A DNA stretch of 64,000 bases from Acidimicrobiales bacterium (GTDB lineage Bacteria > Actinomycetota > Acidimicrobiia > Acidimicrobiales > SZUA-35), in the NCBI GenBank assembly GCA_965216655.1, contig CBDCGP010000056.1, positions 68,782-132,781 on the forward strand. The letters run 5' to 3'. The translations under genes were made by a program, and so were the position numbers. Every line of letters starts with the position of its first letter. Position 1 is the stretch's first letter. Positions 38,048 through 48,662 of this stretch are shown one piece after another. The notes under the pieces are model-generated. The model worked only from the letters and a program-made list of their open reading frames with translations, did no database searches and had not been told where the DNA came from.

Positions 38048-38977
38048 ATGAGCGTGAACGAAACCATGACCGGCAATACAACGAGCGGGAAAGCGAATGC
38101 CATGACCTCCGATGAGCAGAAGCCGGGCCTGAAGATGCCGGCTATCGATCTCACGGAGAGTGGTAGGGTCTCTGATATGGGCTCGACGGATCTCGAGACG
38201 ATCATTTCGACCGAGGACATGGACGTCTACTACGGCGATTTTCGTGCGGTGCGGAACATCACCATGAACTACGCCGACAACGAGATCACGGCGCTCATCG
38301 GGCCCTCCGGCTGCGGCAAATCGACCGTCCTCCGAGCGTTGAACCGGATGAACGACCTCATCCCCACGGCCAGGGTCACCGGTGCCGTGAACTATCATGG
38401 CCGCAACATCTATGAGTCGAACGTGGATCCGGTCGAGATCCGGCGTCGGATAGGCATGGTCTTCCAGAAGCCGAACCCGTTCCCCAAGTCGATCTTCGAC
38501 AATGTGGCCTGGGGGGCCAAGATCAACGGGTTCAAGGGCTCGAAGTCGGACCTGTCGGACCTGGTCCAACGAGCGCTGACCAAGGCCGCATTGTGGGATG
38601 AGGTCAAAGACAAGCTGAACGAGAGCGGCTACTCGCTTTCGGGAGGTCAGCAGCAGCGGCTCTGTATCGCCCGGGCGGTGGCTCCCAGCCCCGATGTCCT
38701 GTTGATGGACGAGCCGTGTTCGGCCCTCGATCCGATCGCCACGTTGCGGATCGAGGAACTGATGCTCGAACTCAAGCAGGACTACACGATCATCATCGTC
38801 ACCCACAACATGCAACAGGCGGCCCGAGTCTCCGACAAGACAGCCTTCCTGTCCGTCGACGTCAACGACAGAGGCCAGCGAACCGGTCGGCTGGTCGAAT
38901 ACGCCCCGACGGACCGGATTTTCACCTCCCCCGAAAACGACGAAACCGAGCAATACATCACCGGCCGGTTCGGATAG
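38048..38977 (+). CDS. pstB: Phosphate ABC transporter ATP-binding protein
   Basis: Walker [10 protein letters not shown], signature LSGGQQQRL, Walker [14 protein letters not shown]-loop VTHNMQQA. The true start may be an internal Met because the N-terminus is ~45 aa longer than usual. Confidence 0.9.
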   Translation: MSVNETMTGNTTSGKANAMTSDEQKPGLKMPAIDLTESGRVSDMGSTDLETIISTEDMDVYYGDFRAVRNITMNYADNEITALIGPSGCGKSTVLRALNRMNDLIPTARVTGAVNYHGRNIYESNVDPVEIRRRIGMVFQKPNPFPKSIFDNVAWGAKINGFKGSKSDLSDLVQRALTKAALWDEVKDKLNESGYSLSGGQQQRLCIARAVAPSPDVLLMDEPCSALDPIATLRIEELMLELKQDYTIIIVTHNMQQAARVSDKTAFLSVDVNDRGQRTGRLVEYAPTDRIFTSPENDETEQYITGRFG

Positions 38978-38983
38978 GTCGGC

Positions 38984-39667
38984 ATGACTGATCAGCGAAG
39001 TCATTTCCACCACGAGATCGAGGGGCTCGAGACATCGATTCGCGAGGTCGCGGAGCGTGCTGAGCGTATGGTCGGCACGGCCGTCGATGCCCTGCTCTCG
39101 ACCGACGACGACATGGCCACTGCAGTGATCCAGGAGGGAGCTCGGCTGGCCGAGGTTTACGTCGACATTCACAGTCGGTGGCTGAACTTGATGGCACTGC
39201 AGCAACCGATGGGCAGCGATCTGCGCACCCTATCGGCGCTCCTTCATCTCAACGTAACGCTGGAGCGAACAGCGGCGCAGTGTGTGAATATCGCGAAGCT
39301 GGCCGGTCTCGCCGCCGGCCTCCCGAGAAGCGACCGGATACGTCGTCAGGTCGAGGAGATGGCCGACCTCGTCCGTCCCATGATTCGGTTGGCTGTGCGG
39401 GCGTTCGAGCATCGTGACGCCGACGAGGCCCGCCTGCTGCCCGCCATGGACGAACCGGTCGATCGGATCAACCGGGCCATGTACCGGGAGGTCGTCGCCT
39501 GCGCTCCCGATGAGCGCCTCGTCGAATGGGCTACGCACATGATGATGGCGGCTCGTGCCTTGGAGCGGATCGGCGACCAGGCAGTCGACATCGGCGAACA
39601 AGTTGCGTTCCTCGACACCGGGGACTATCACGGCTTTGCGGAAGACGGCATCACCAACCGTCGTTAG
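38984..39667 (+). CDS. phoU: Phosphate-signalling accessory protein PhoU (stand-alone)
   Basis: 227 aa with two PhoU repeats (LNVTLERTAAQCVNI; ARALERIGDQAVDIGEQV), directly after pstB. Confidence 0.9.
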   Translation: MTDQRSHFHHEIEGLETSIREVAERAERMVGTAVDALLSTDDDMATAVIQEGARLAEVYVDIHSRWLNLMALQQPMGSDLRTLSALLHLNVTLERTAAQCVNIAKLAGLAAGLPRSDRIRRQVEEMADLVRPMIRLAVRAFEHRDADEARLLPAMDEPVDRINRAMYREVVACAPDERLVEWATHMMMAARALERIGDQAVDIGEQVAFLDTGDYHGFAEDGITNRR

Positions 39668-39696
39668 TCGGGCTTCAGCAGTACCATTGAATCATC

Positions 39697-41250
39697 GTGA
39701 CCGAAGGCCAGTCGCTGGGCGGAGCCACCGAAGCCGCATCCGGAGAGGGGGGTAACGGTACACGCGCCGCCGACGGCCGAAACACCGGGCCGACGGTCGA
39801 CGCCCGGGGTCTGCTCACCAGCCTGACGAACCGATCCCGAAACGCCGGCGCCGAGGCGTTCACGGTCACGCCCTTCCAGCGGCTCGCCCGCACCCACGCC
39901 CTGTCGGTGGCCGGAGACACACTTCTCGCCATCGCCCTCGCCGACTCGTTGTTCTTCGACGTCGACCCGAACGCCGCCCGGTGGAGGGTCGGCGCCTACC
40001 TGCTGTTGACCATCGCACCGTTCGCGTTCGTGGCGCCGTTCCTCGGTCCGTGGATGGACCGAATTCAAGGCGGCCGGCGGTTCATGATCATCGGTTCGGC
40101 GTTCGTGCGGGCGATGGTGATGGCCGCCCTCGTGTTCTACGTCCAGGACTGGCCGCTGTTCCCCCTCGCGTTCACGATGCTGGTCATGGGCAAGACCTAC
40201 GCCGTGGCCAAGAGCGCCGTGGTGCCCACCACGGTCGACAGTGAGGAGGCCCTGGTCCGTTCGAACTCCCGCCTCGCCGTGCTGTCGGCCATCTCCGGCG
40301 GGGTGGCCGGAGTTCCCGGTGTTCTCCTGCTCCGATTGGGGGGCGCGCCGTGGGTTCTCGGCCTCGGAGTGGTGGTGTTCCTGACGGCGGCCGTCGTCGG
40401 CTTCGGCATCCCCTCCACCAGAGTGGCGAACCAGGCCGAGCGGGCCGAGGAGCGGGAGGAGCTGAGGGGAGCCCAGATTCTGGTCTCGTCGAGCGCCATG
40501 GGCTACCTGCGGGGTGTCTCGGGGTTCGTGACGATGTTGTTGGCCTTCGCACTGCGAGGCGGGATCGACCCGGGGCCCACGGCGGCCGGAGTGGAACTCG
40601 GCCACCGCGTCCGTGAATCGCTGGGCTTCGACCGCCTCGACCTCACGTCGGGCGGCGCACCGCCATGGCACTTCGGCGTTGCCCTCATCGGCGTCGGTCT
40701 GGGCGGCTTCCTCGGTTCGGGTGGCGTGCCCCGACTGAGGGCCCGGTTGCGGGAGGAGCGGATTCTGGCCTACGCGCTCATCGTGTTGACCGGGTTGTCG
40801 CTGCTGGCCGCCCTCTCGACCGGCCTGGCCGGCGCGTTCATCATGGCGTTCGGTATCGCCCTGGCCGCTCAGGGCGCGAAGCAGGCCTTCGACGCCATCG
40901 TCCAGCGCGACGCGCCGAAGGCCAACCTGGGCCGCACGTTCAGCCGCTACGAGAGCCGGTTCCAGCTCATCTGGGTGATCGGCGCGTTGATCCCCGTGGT
41001 GCTCCCGCTCCCGGCCCGCATCGGCTACCTGATGATCGCGGCCTCGGCGGCGTTCGTCGCCACCACCTACTGGATCGGACGCACCCCCAATCCGGCGGCC
41101 ATCGTCTCGGAGGGGCTACTCGACGACGGCCTCGACCAGCTCGCCCGTCGCCTGCCGGCGCCGCTGCGACGCCGGCTGGAGAACCGCACGTGGTCACGAT
41201 CGCTGCGCAAGCGAATGAACGGCGGCGACGTCCCGGCCGACACCGTCTAG
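39697..41250 (+). CDS. MFS-type transporter (about 12 predicted TM helices)
   Basis: 517 aa and hydrophobic throughout. Resembles MFS in length and in its charged inter-helix loops; no specific signature recognised. Confidence 0.6.
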   Translation: MTEGQSLGGATEAASGEGGNGTRAADGRNTGPTVDARGLLTSLTNRSRNAGAEAFTVTPFQRLARTHALSVAGDTLLAIALADSLFFDVDPNAARWRVGAYLLLTIAPFAFVAPFLGPWMDRIQGGRRFMIIGSAFVRAMVMAALVFYVQDWPLFPLAFTMLVMGKTYAVAKSAVVPTTVDSEEALVRSNSRLAVLSAISGGVAGVPGVLLLRLGGAPWVLGLGVVVFLTAAVVGFGIPSTRVANQAERAEEREELRGAQILVSSSAMGYLRGVSGFVTMLLAFALRGGIDPGPTAAGVELGHRVRESLGFDRLDLTSGGAPPWHFGVALIGVGLGGFLGSGGVPRLRARLREERILAYALIVLTGLSLLAALSTGLAGAFIMAFGIALAAQGAKQAFDAIVQRDAPKANLGRTFSRYESRFQLIWVIGALIPVVLPLPARIGYLMIAASAAFVATTYWIGRTPNPAAIVSEGLLDDGLDQLARRLPAPLRRRLENRTWSRSLRKRMNGGDVPADTV

Positions 41251-41398
41251 CTCCAGCTCGGAAATCCGGCGTCGAATCGGCCGAGCACTCCGAATCGCCC
41301 AACCACATGCGCGTTCGCGGGTGACAACGACCGCTTTTGACCGTTTTCGCCCGTGAACGACACCGGACCGGGGGTGGACGGCGGTGAGCCGGGCGGTG

Positions 41399-42655
41399 TT
41401 AGAGGTCCTCGAGGCCGGAGAGATCGTCGGGGATCTCCAGGTCGAGTTTCGAGGCGTCGTCGTCGAGCCCGATTCTGGCCAGCCACAGACCGGGGGCGTC
41501 GACCTCTGCCGCGGTCGGGATGTCGAGCTCATCGGACCACAGTCGTCGCAGGCCCTCATCTCCGGCTCGGGCCACGACCCCGCCGATGAACTCGTCGCCC
41601 CGGCTCAACGTGTTCTCGTCGATCTCGAGCCCGAGGAGGCGCTCCATGAACCGGTCGGCGGGGGCGACGTCGATCAGGCGCTCCTTCATTCGGTCCTCGA
41701 TGATCGGGGCGGCCCGGATCAGCCCGTCCGAGATGGTGCGCACGGTGTGGCCGACGAAGCCCAGCACGGCGGCGACCATGGCGTCGACCTGGGGAACGAG
41801 GAGATCATGGGCCGGAGAGCGCATGAGCGAGAGCACCACATCGGGGTCGCTCATCGTCTCCGCCATCTGCTGCATCTCCGCCATGTCGGTCACCGCGCCG
41901 AACTTCTCGCCGATGGCCTCGGGGTCGGGACGGAAGGCGGCGGCGAAGTCGATGAACAACGCGTCGAGGCGAGCCTTGACGTGGGGTACCGAGAGCACCG
42001 AATGGGCCACCAACTCGTGGATGAGGAGCCACAGTCGAAGGTCGTTGACCGGGACGTCCCACTCGCCGGCCGCAGTGTCGATGTTGGCCGGGACCACGAG
42101 GATCTCCGACGTCGACCGGGGAACAGGCAGCTCGTACTGGCCGAGCGCCTGCTGACCGAGATGACCGAGCATCGCCCCGGCGCTGGTGGCAACCAGCATC
42201 GGGCCGAGCGTTGCGAACAGCTGACCCATGATGTGGGCGGGGAACAAGCCGGCCAGCGGGTCGTCGGGATCGAGCCCGAGGTCCTCGGTCGACTCCAGCT
42301 CCGACGAACCCGACTGGATTCCCGCCGACAACGCCTCTCCGAACCGCTCGAAGAACGGCCGGTAGGCAGTGACACTCTGGCCGGTCCAGACCGAGCGGGT
42401 CACGGCCGTCACCTTGGTGTCCGACGGCAGAGTCACGCCGACGGCCTGTTCGACGTGAAGCTCGGCCACGCGTGCCAGATCCTCGATGGCGATGCGCACC
42501 GCCGGATCGACGTTGGGCTCGGCGCCGCCGTCGGACGCGATGGAGGCGGCCATATCACCGGCCGCCTTCCAAGGATCGGTTCCGCCCAGCCCACCGAGAA
42601 GGGCGTTGAAGTCGAAAAACGGGAACTGACCGCCGGGTGGATTACTACTGCTCAC
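41399..42655 (-). CDS. DUF2342-type putative zinc metalloprotease
   Basis: HExxH in LWLLIHELVAHSVL; 418 aa. Its position near the PDZ-Lon and UPF0182 genes mirrors mycobacterial Rv3193c-Rv3195 (recalled). Confidence 0.7.
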   Translation of the reverse strand: MSSSNPPGGQFPFFDFNALLGGLGGTDPWKAAGDMAASIASDGGAEPNVDPAVRIAIEDLARVAELHVEQAVGVTLPSDTKVTAVTRSVWTGQSVTAYRPFFERFGEALSAGIQSGSSELESTEDLGLDPDDPLAGLFPAHIMGQLFATLGPMLVATSAGAMLGHLGQQALGQYELPVPRSTSEILVVPANIDTAAGEWDVPVNDLRLWLLIHELVAHSVLSVPHVKARLDALFIDFAAAFRPDPEAIGEKFGAVTDMAEMQQMAETMSDPDVVLSLMRSPAHDLLVPQVDAMVAAVLGFVGHTVRTISDGLIRAAPIIEDRMKERLIDVAPADRFMERLLGLEIDENTLSRGDEFIGGVVARAGDEGLRRLWSDELDIPTAAEVDAPGLWLARIGLDDDASKLDLEIPDDLSGLEDL

Positions 42656-42672
42656 AAAGGCATCGTAGAGGG

Positions 42673-43713
42673 GTGCGATCGATTCTGGTAACCGGCGCCG
42701 CCGGAGCGGTTGGTGGGCGGGTGACGAAAATGCTGACCGAGACGGCCGCGGTGAGCCGCGTTGTCGCCCTCGACCGGGCGCCGATCCCGGGCCACGATCC
42801 CGAGGACGGCTCGGGAGTCACGGTGGAGTGCATCGAGGCCGATCTGTCGTCGATCGATCTCGCCGAGGCCATGAACGGCGTCGACACGGTGGTGCATCTC
42901 GCCGAGGACAGGAGCCGCAAGGCCAATGCCCGGGATGCCCGAGGTCTCCTCGATCGGTTGACCACCGCGGTGGCCACCGGTTCGGTCGATCAGCTCGTCA
43001 TCCTGTCATCGGCACTCGTGTACGGGGCGCACAGCGACAACCCCGTCCCCATCACCGAGAACCGCCCGCCACGACCGTCGAACCTCGCCCACGCCCGGCT
43101 GAAGGCCGAACTGGAGACGCTGGCCACTGCCTGGGCCGCCGACCACCCGGACGTCGGCCTGACGATTCTTCGACCGGCCGTGGCCCTGTCGGAGGGCGAC
43201 AGCAGCTGGATCGCATCGGCGTTGCGGGCCGCCATGGCGGTCCGGCCCGAGCAGGTCGACCCCCCCGTACAGTTCGTCCACCATGACGACCTGGCCGGCG
43301 CGATCGTGCACGTCGTCGAGCATCGACTCGACGGTGTGTACAACGTGGCCTCCGACGGCTGGATCGGAGCCGATGACTTCCGATCGCTTCGAGGCGAGAC
43401 CGAGGTCAGGCTGCCGGAACGGGCGGGAAGGATCCGCCACCGGGCGGCCAAGGTGTTCGCCGACCGGGCGCTGCTGGACGGCCTGCAGCCCTATGTCACC
43501 CATCCGTGCGTGGTGGCCACCGACAAGCTCAAAGCGACCGGCTGGCAGGCCCGCTACACGAACGAGGAGGCCTACATCCTGGGAACGTCGGCTCCGTTGC
43601 TCAACTCGCTCGGCCCCCAGAAGCGGCAGCAGCTGGCATTGGGGGTTGCCGGGGCGGCCGGCGCCGCCCTTCTCGGTGGTGCGGCATGGGCCGCCCGCCG
43701 TCTCACCCGCTGA
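42673..43713 (+). CDS. NAD-dependent epimerase/dehydratase-family protein with a C-terminal TM anchor
   Basis: Rossmann ILVTGAAGAVGGRV, SSALVYG. C-terminal hydrophobic LALGVAGAAGAALLGGAAWAA. Start uncertain (GTG 42673 or 42637). Confidence 0.7.
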   Translation: MRSILVTGAAGAVGGRVTKMLTETAAVSRVVALDRAPIPGHDPEDGSGVTVECIEADLSSIDLAEAMNGVDTVVHLAEDRSRKANARDARGLLDRLTTAVATGSVDQLVILSSALVYGAHSDNPVPITENRPPRPSNLAHARLKAELETLATAWAADHPDVGLTILRPAVALSEGDSSWIASALRAAMAVRPEQVDPPVQFVHHDDLAGAIVHVVEHRLDGVYNVASDGWIGADDFRSLRGETEVRLPERAGRIRHRAAKVFADRALLDGLQPYVTHPCVVATDKLKATGWQARYTNEEAYILGTSAPLLNSLGPQKRQQLALGVAGAAGAALLGGAAWAARRLTR

Positions 43714-43737
43714 GCGCTGAGGTCGTGAGACCCTGGA

Positions 43738-45024
43738 TCACTGCGCGGCTGGGACGGAGGCCGGGCGAATGCTGAGCGCCTCCGTGTCGCCATCGCGCTC
43801 GACGACGAAGGTGGCATCGGATTCAGTGCCGATGCCACGAACCAGATGCACGAGATGATCCGGGTTCTCGACCGGCTGACCGTCGACCGAGACGATCACA
43901 TCATCGGCCATCAGCACGTCGGCTGCCGGGCCGTCGGGGGTCACCTCGATCAGCCGGGTTCTTCCGGTTCCGTCGGCGGCGGCCTCGATGCCGATCCAGT
44001 TGGCGGTGGGGGAGCCGAACTCGGTCATCGAGCGGGCGATGTCGGTCACGATCGACATCGGTACGACGGCGGCCGTCGGCTCGTAGGTGGAGATCGTCAT
44101 GCCGATGATCGCGCCGTCGTCGTCGATGATCGCCGAGCCGGGGGGTGTCGACGACGCGTCGAGCGTGATCGTGAACGCGCTGTAGCAGTGACGGTTCAGC
44201 GACGTCATGACCCCTTCGCCGGGTTGGCCGATCAACCCGCGCCGAGCGGATTCGCCGCGGACGGCGGCGTCGATCGGAGCGATCTGCAAGGTGACCTCGC
44301 GACCGGCCTCCGGCTGATCGGTCGAGATCGAGGGTATTGAGAGGTCGTCGGGTAATGGTTCCTCTGTGGTCAGAACGGCAACGTCGGTGTAGGGATCGGC
44401 CATGGCCAGCGTGGCCGACGTCCACCGTCCGGCAACCCGTAGCCAGAGTCTCTCGTGGTCGCTCACCGCGGCCGCGCTCGTCACGACAATGTCGTCGTGC
44501 ACGATGAACGACGCCAGGCGGGCGTCGGCCTTCGGGGCGGCGAATACGCCGTAGGTCATGAGTTCGATCTGTGCGATGTCGGTGTTCGGGTTGGTGGCCG
44601 ACCAGACCTCGATCTCCGGTGGCACAACGCCCGAAGGGGCGATGGCCAGGGTGGTCGACGTCGACATCGGCGCCGAGGTCGACGTCGTCGACGCGGTCCC
44701 TGCCGAGGTCTGCCCGCCGGCGTCGCGCCGCGATTCGACGTGCTGGCGAATGGCGACTTCGGCCAGGTCCCCGTCGGCGACCGTCAGGCCGCTGTCGCCG
44801 AGGAACTGGTTCCAGCCGAGTGTCGTCGCCACGAGGGCGCCCGACACCGCGCCGACCGTCAGAACCCCGAACAGCATCAGGGGACCGAGGCCCGACTCGC
44901 GCATCGTGGGTGGCGCGGCCTGCCCCGGCATCACTGCGCCGAGCTCGGACGGGTGACGCCAGTGGCGAGCTGCGGGGTCGGGTATCGGCCCCCCGTGGGA
45001 AGACTCCTCACCATTGAACGACAC
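43738..45024 (-). CDS. Membrane-anchored trypsin-like (S1C/HtrA-like) protease with a PDZ domain
   Basis: N-terminal TM LGPLMLFGVLTVGAVSGALVATTL. Protease-like core with DVAVLTTEE and TPPGSAIIDDDGAIIGMT (degenerate GNSGG). C-terminal PDZ RLIEVTPDGPAADVLMADDVIVSVDGQPV. Confidence 0.7.
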   Translation of the reverse strand: MSFNGEESSHGGPIPDPAARHWRHPSELGAVMPGQAAPPTMRESGLGPLMLFGVLTVGAVSGALVATTLGWNQFLGDSGLTVADGDLAEVAIRQHVESRRDAGGQTSAGTASTTSTSAPMSTSTTLAIAPSGVVPPEIEVWSATNPNTDIAQIELMTYGVFAAPKADARLASFIVHDDIVVTSAAAVSDHERLWLRVAGRWTSATLAMADPYTDVAVLTTEEPLPDDLSIPSISTDQPEAGREVTLQIAPIDAAVRGESARRGLIGQPGEGVMTSLNRHCYSAFTITLDASSTPPGSAIIDDDGAIIGMTISTYEPTAAVVPMSIVTDIARSMTEFGSPTANWIGIEAAADGTGRTRLIEVTPDGPAADVLMADDVIVSVDGQPVENPDHLVHLVRGIGTESDATFVVERDGDTEALSIRPASVPAAQ

Positions 45025-45169
45025 GGGCTACAGCGTACTACTAAGTAGTCGGTGAGTATCCGCGGCGGGCTCGCTGAACGGTCCGTTTGGGTTGTATTCC
45101 CCGGGGGTCCGAGCGGCACCGTCGGTCGGGCCGTCATCGTCGTCGATCCGGGCCGGTAGGCTGTGGCCA

Positions 45170-45700
45170 GTGGAGAACCTCACGACCGAGCCAGGCGGAT
45201 CGGCCCCAGACACCACGCCGGTAGACGAGCCGTTGTGTCCCCCTCAGACGGGCGACACCTGGACGGGCCTTTCGTCGCGGGCGCTGCCGGTCCAACAGGC
45301 TGCAGATTGGGTGGTCGATCCCGGTTGTGGCGCAGTGGTCGTGTTCACCGGCACGGCCCGCGACCATTCGACGGGACGCGCCGGGGTTACCCGCCTCGAA
45401 TACGAGGCGTACGAGTCGCAGGTGGTGCCCAGGTTGTCCGAGATCGCCGAGCGGGCCCGCCGGCAGTGGTCGGGTCTGGCCCGGATGGTGCTGCTGCATC
45501 GCATCGGCGAGGTGCCGCTCACCGAGGCGGCGGTGGTGGTGGCCGTCTCGGCTCCACATCGCGACGAGGCATTCGAGGCCGCCCGGTTCGGCATCGACAC
45601 CCTGAAGGCCACCGTGCCGATCTGGAAGCGGGAGGACTGGTCGGAGGGCTCGAGCTGGGGCCTCGAAGCCCAGCACATCGTCGACGTCGACGAGATCTGA
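45170..45700 (+). CDS. moaE: Molybdopterin synthase catalytic subunit
   Basis: VVVFTGTARDHS...LEYEAYESQ...LLHRIGEVPLTEAAVVVAVSAPHRDEAFEAARFGIDTLKATVPIWKRE. Start uncertain (GTG 45170, or further upstream at 45092). Confidence 0.85.
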   Translation: MENLTTEPGGSAPDTTPVDEPLCPPQTGDTWTGLSSRALPVQQAADWVVDPGCGAVVVFTGTARDHSTGRAGVTRLEYEAYESQVVPRLSEIAERARRQWSGLARMVLLHRIGEVPLTEAAVVVAVSAPHRDEAFEAARFGIDTLKATVPIWKREDWSEGSSWGLEAQHIVDVDEI

Positions 45701-45745
45701 CGGCATCTGACTGCATCGGACGACGCGTCTGCTGTCTGCCGCAGG

Positions 45746-46351
45746 CTACGGCTCGATCGACAGCAGATCCTCGGCGGCCTGACGAACCTGCCAGTCCCGG
45801 TCCTCGAGTGCCGTGTTGAGTGCCGCGTCGACCTCCGGACCGTCGAACGGAGCGAGCGCCAGTACCGCCCGCCGGCGGACGGTGGCTACATCACCACACG
45901 CCGACAGTATGGCCTCGAGCCCATCGCCCAGGGCTCCGAGTGCAGCCACCGCCGATTCCCGACACAAGGCGTCGTCGTGTTGGGTGGCCTGCCGGCTCAG
46001 CGCCTCGACCACCCGTGTGCGCGCCTCGCCGACCGGTTCGATCTCGCCGAGGGTGAATGCCGCGAGCTCGGCCAACGTCTCGTGGTCGAGGAGTGCGGTC
46101 ACGGCATCGGTGATGGTCGCCCGGTCCTCGAGTTTCGGCAGCTCCTCGAGCGCGCGATGGCGAACGTCGACACTGTCGTCGTCGAGGAATTCGGCGATGC
46201 GATCGGCGTCGAGAAGACCGAGCCGCGTCGCAGCCCCGATCGCCACCACCCGGGCCCGCGCGTCGGACGCGGTCAGGGCTTCTGAAACCAGTTCGCGATC
46301 ACCGGTGTGGCCGGCGACGGCGATGCGTCGATAATCGGGGGTTCCGTCCAT
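45746..46351 (-). CDS. HEAT-repeat protein
   Basis: Repeated D-x2-VR-x2-A-x2-AL units (DVRHRALEEL, ESAVAALGAL, TVRRRAVLAL, DWQVRQAAEDL). Start trimmed to ATG 46351. Confidence 0.65.
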   Translation of the reverse strand: MDGTPDYRRIAVAGHTGDRELVSEALTASDARARVVAIGAATRLGLLDADRIAEFLDDDSVDVRHRALEELPKLEDRATITDAVTALLDHETLAELAAFTLGEIEPVGEARTRVVEALSRQATQHDDALCRESAVAALGALGDGLEAILSACGDVATVRRRAVLALAPFDGPEVDAALNTALEDRDWQVRQAAEDLLSIEP

Positions 46352-46475
46352 AGGGGTTTTCTTTGCCGCTTCGATCTGGAATGCTGGTTGACGGTCGGTT
46401 TGCGACCGCCGCATGTCTCCTGCCGAGAACCGGAAGGTTGGTGGGGGCACGAACCAGGCCAGCAGAGGAGATTCC

Positions 46476-46955
46476 ATGTCACACATGGTTATTTATCGTG
46501 GTTCCGACGGTAAGCCGGGATACCACCAAACGGACGACATCCATGATGCCGTGGGATTTGTCGAGCAGATGCGAAACGACCAGGGCGTCGAACACGCCCG
46601 CATCTTCCGCCTCGAGGAGGTCGTGTTCCAGTACAAGCCGTACTACCGCGTCGAGCTGGCGGAATCCGGCGGAGCCGGCGAGTTGGCGGTCCCCGGCGAT
46701 GGAGCCGCGAACGGCACGAACGGGATGGCTTCTGCTGAATCGCCGTCATCCTCATCCGGAGGTTTTGTGCCCAGCCCGGGCAAGGACGAGGTGACGATAA
46801 CGACCAACGGAGGCGGTTCCGCATTGGTGAACGGTGGCAGCGGCTCGTCCGAATCGCCCGCGGCCGTCGGAACGGGATCGACAACGTCGACCTCATCGAC
46901 CTCCGATGCCGACGATGACAACGGTTCTTCGAAGCGCGGTCTGTTCGGGCGCTGA
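46476..46955 (+). CDS. Hypothetical protein (ordered ~60-aa N-domain plus a Gly/Ser-rich tail)
   Basis: ATG 46476 follows AGAGGAG (46464-46470). MSHMVIYRGSDGKPGYHQTDDIHDAVGFVEQMRNDQGVEHARIFRLEEVVFQYKPYYRVEL, then low complexity. Confidence 0.55.
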   Translation: MSHMVIYRGSDGKPGYHQTDDIHDAVGFVEQMRNDQGVEHARIFRLEEVVFQYKPYYRVELAESGGAGELAVPGDGAANGTNGMASAESPSSSSGGFVPSPGKDEVTITTNGGGSALVNGGSGSSESPAAVGTGSTTSTSSTSDADDDNGSSKRGLFGR

Positions 46956-46988
46956 CCGGCGAGGGCGGGGTTGCCGCGGCCTGCCGGC

Positions 46989-47174
46989 TCAGGCGATGGC
47001 CTGCTCCAACAGGTAGAGCACCAACAACAACGTGAGCGTGATCATCCCGGCCAGGAACAGACCGGCGATCACCACCATCGAACTCAAGGTGAAAACGGCG
47101 GTGATCCGCCGCCACCACGGCGTGCGGACCCGGCTCTCGCCGGTGCTGGATTGATCCTTGGTGAGCTGGGCCAT
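46989..47174 (-). CDS. Small single-pass membrane protein (61 aa)
   Basis: Basic RTPWWRR precedes a ~35-aa hydrophobic stretch ITAVFTLSSMVVIAGLFLAGMITLTLLLVLYLL. Divergent from the PDZ-Lon gene. Confidence 0.45.
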   Translation of the reverse strand: MAQLTKDQSSTGESRVRTPWWRRITAVFTLSSMVVIAGLFLAGMITLTLLLVLYLLEQAIA

Positions 47175-47365
47175 TCTCGGTTGGTCCTGATCTCGGCGTT
47201 CGGAGGTTTCTTCTTGGTCAGATGCCTACATCGCGGCGTCCGACATCATGTCGTTCGGCTTCGCTCCCGGCCCTGGACCCCCTGTTTGCCAATTTGCGGC
47301 CAACTTTCACGGGTCTTTCGGTCCCTGCCTGTAGTTTTTAGGCTGGCTGGACCGACAGGAGGACG

Positions 47366-48586
47366 ATGGAGAACGACGACGCCAGTGTACCCCGGCCCGG
47401 ATTCGAATCTGAGCCGCCCCAATCGTCGTCGCCCGCCGTCCGACCCACCCATGGAGCCGATTCCGGCGCCGACACCCCGCTGATCGCCCGCTGGCAGCCG
47501 GAAACGCCGGCCCAGGCCCGACGATCCATCACCCGCTGGGTGGGAGGAATGGCCGCCGTCGTCCTGGTGGCCGCCGTCGTCGGCGGGTTGCTGCTCAACG
47601 TGCCCTACGTGGCGCTGGTTCCGGGATCGGCCCGAGACACCGAACCTCTTCTCGCCGTCGAGGGAATCGATGAGTTCCCGAGCGAGGGCGAGCTCCTCCT
47701 GCTCACCGTGAGATTCCGTACCCGACCCAACCTCTGGGAGTACCTGTGGCTGCGGATGGACGGCGACGCCGAGGTGGTTCCCGAACAGAACATTTTCGGC
47801 GATCGTACCCCTGAGGAGAATCGCGAGTTCAACCTCAACCTCATGAACGACTCGAAGCAGGTCGCTGTGGCCGTTGCTCTCGAACAGCTCGGCTACGACG
47901 CCGTCCAGACCGACGCGGTGGTGGTGCAACAGTTGGAGGCCGGCGAGGCGGCCGACGGGATATTGGAGCCGGGTGATTCGATCATCGCGATCAACGGCCG
48001 CACGACCGCCGACACCGCAACGCTGGTGGAGATCCTGGGTGGGTTCGTTCCGGGGGACGAGGTCGAGTTGGTGATCGAGCCGTTCACCGCCGAGGAGACC
48101 CGCACCGCCTCGGTCGTACTGGGCGACCATCCCGACAAACCGGGCACCGGGTTTCTCGGAATCCGCCCTGCCGACCGCCTCAAGTTCAACGACGAGTTCG
48201 ACTTCGTCGTCGAGATCGACTCCGGGTCCGTCGGCGGGCCGTCGGCCGGTCTCGCGTTCACCCTCGCCGTGCTCGACCAGCTGACCGAAGGAGAGCTCAC
48301 CGGCGGCCGAAAGGTTGCGGTGACGGGCACGATCAACGCCGCAGGCGACGTTGGTGCGGTCGGCGGGGTCGTTCAGAAGACGGCCGTCGTCCGGGATCTC
48401 GGCGTCGACACCTTCATCGTGCCCGACGGTCTGGGCGAAGCGGAGATGGCCGAGGTGGCCGAACGGGCCGCCGGCGAGGTCGAGATCATCCCCGTGTCGA
48501 ACATCGAGGAGGCCCTGGCCGCCCTGGCGGATATCGGCGGAGATGTGGGCGCAATCGACGAATTCGCCACGGTGAACCGGCCCTGA
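47366..48586 (+). CDS. PDZ domain protein with a Lon-protease C-terminal (S16) domain, YlbL/Rv3194c-like
   Basis: AGGAGG RBS, N-terminal TM, PDZ (GILEPGDSIIAINGRTTAD), Lon catalytic motif VGGPSAGLAFTLAVLD. Confidence 0.85.
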   Translation: MENDDASVPRPGFESEPPQSSSPAVRPTHGADSGADTPLIARWQPETPAQARRSITRWVGGMAAVVLVAAVVGGLLLNVPYVALVPGSARDTEPLLAVEGIDEFPSEGELLLLTVRFRTRPNLWEYLWLRMDGDAEVVPEQNIFGDRTPEENREFNLNLMNDSKQVAVAVALEQLGYDAVQTDAVVVQQLEAGEAADGILEPGDSIIAINGRTTADTATLVEILGGFVPGDEVELVIEPFTAEETRTASVVLGDHPDKPGTGFLGIRPADRLKFNDEFDFVVEIDSGSVGGPSAGLAFTLAVLDQLTEGELTGGRKVAVTGTINAAGDVGAVGGVVQKTAVVRDLGVDTFIVPDGLGEAEMAEVAERAAGEVEIIPVSNIEEALAALADIGGDVGAIDEFATVNRP

Positions 48587-48662
48587 GCCCCTGATCCGGC
48601 CCGAACAGCGCCCTTTGGGGAGGGTCCAGCACTCGAAGCTCGAAGCGTCGTAGCATCGTGGT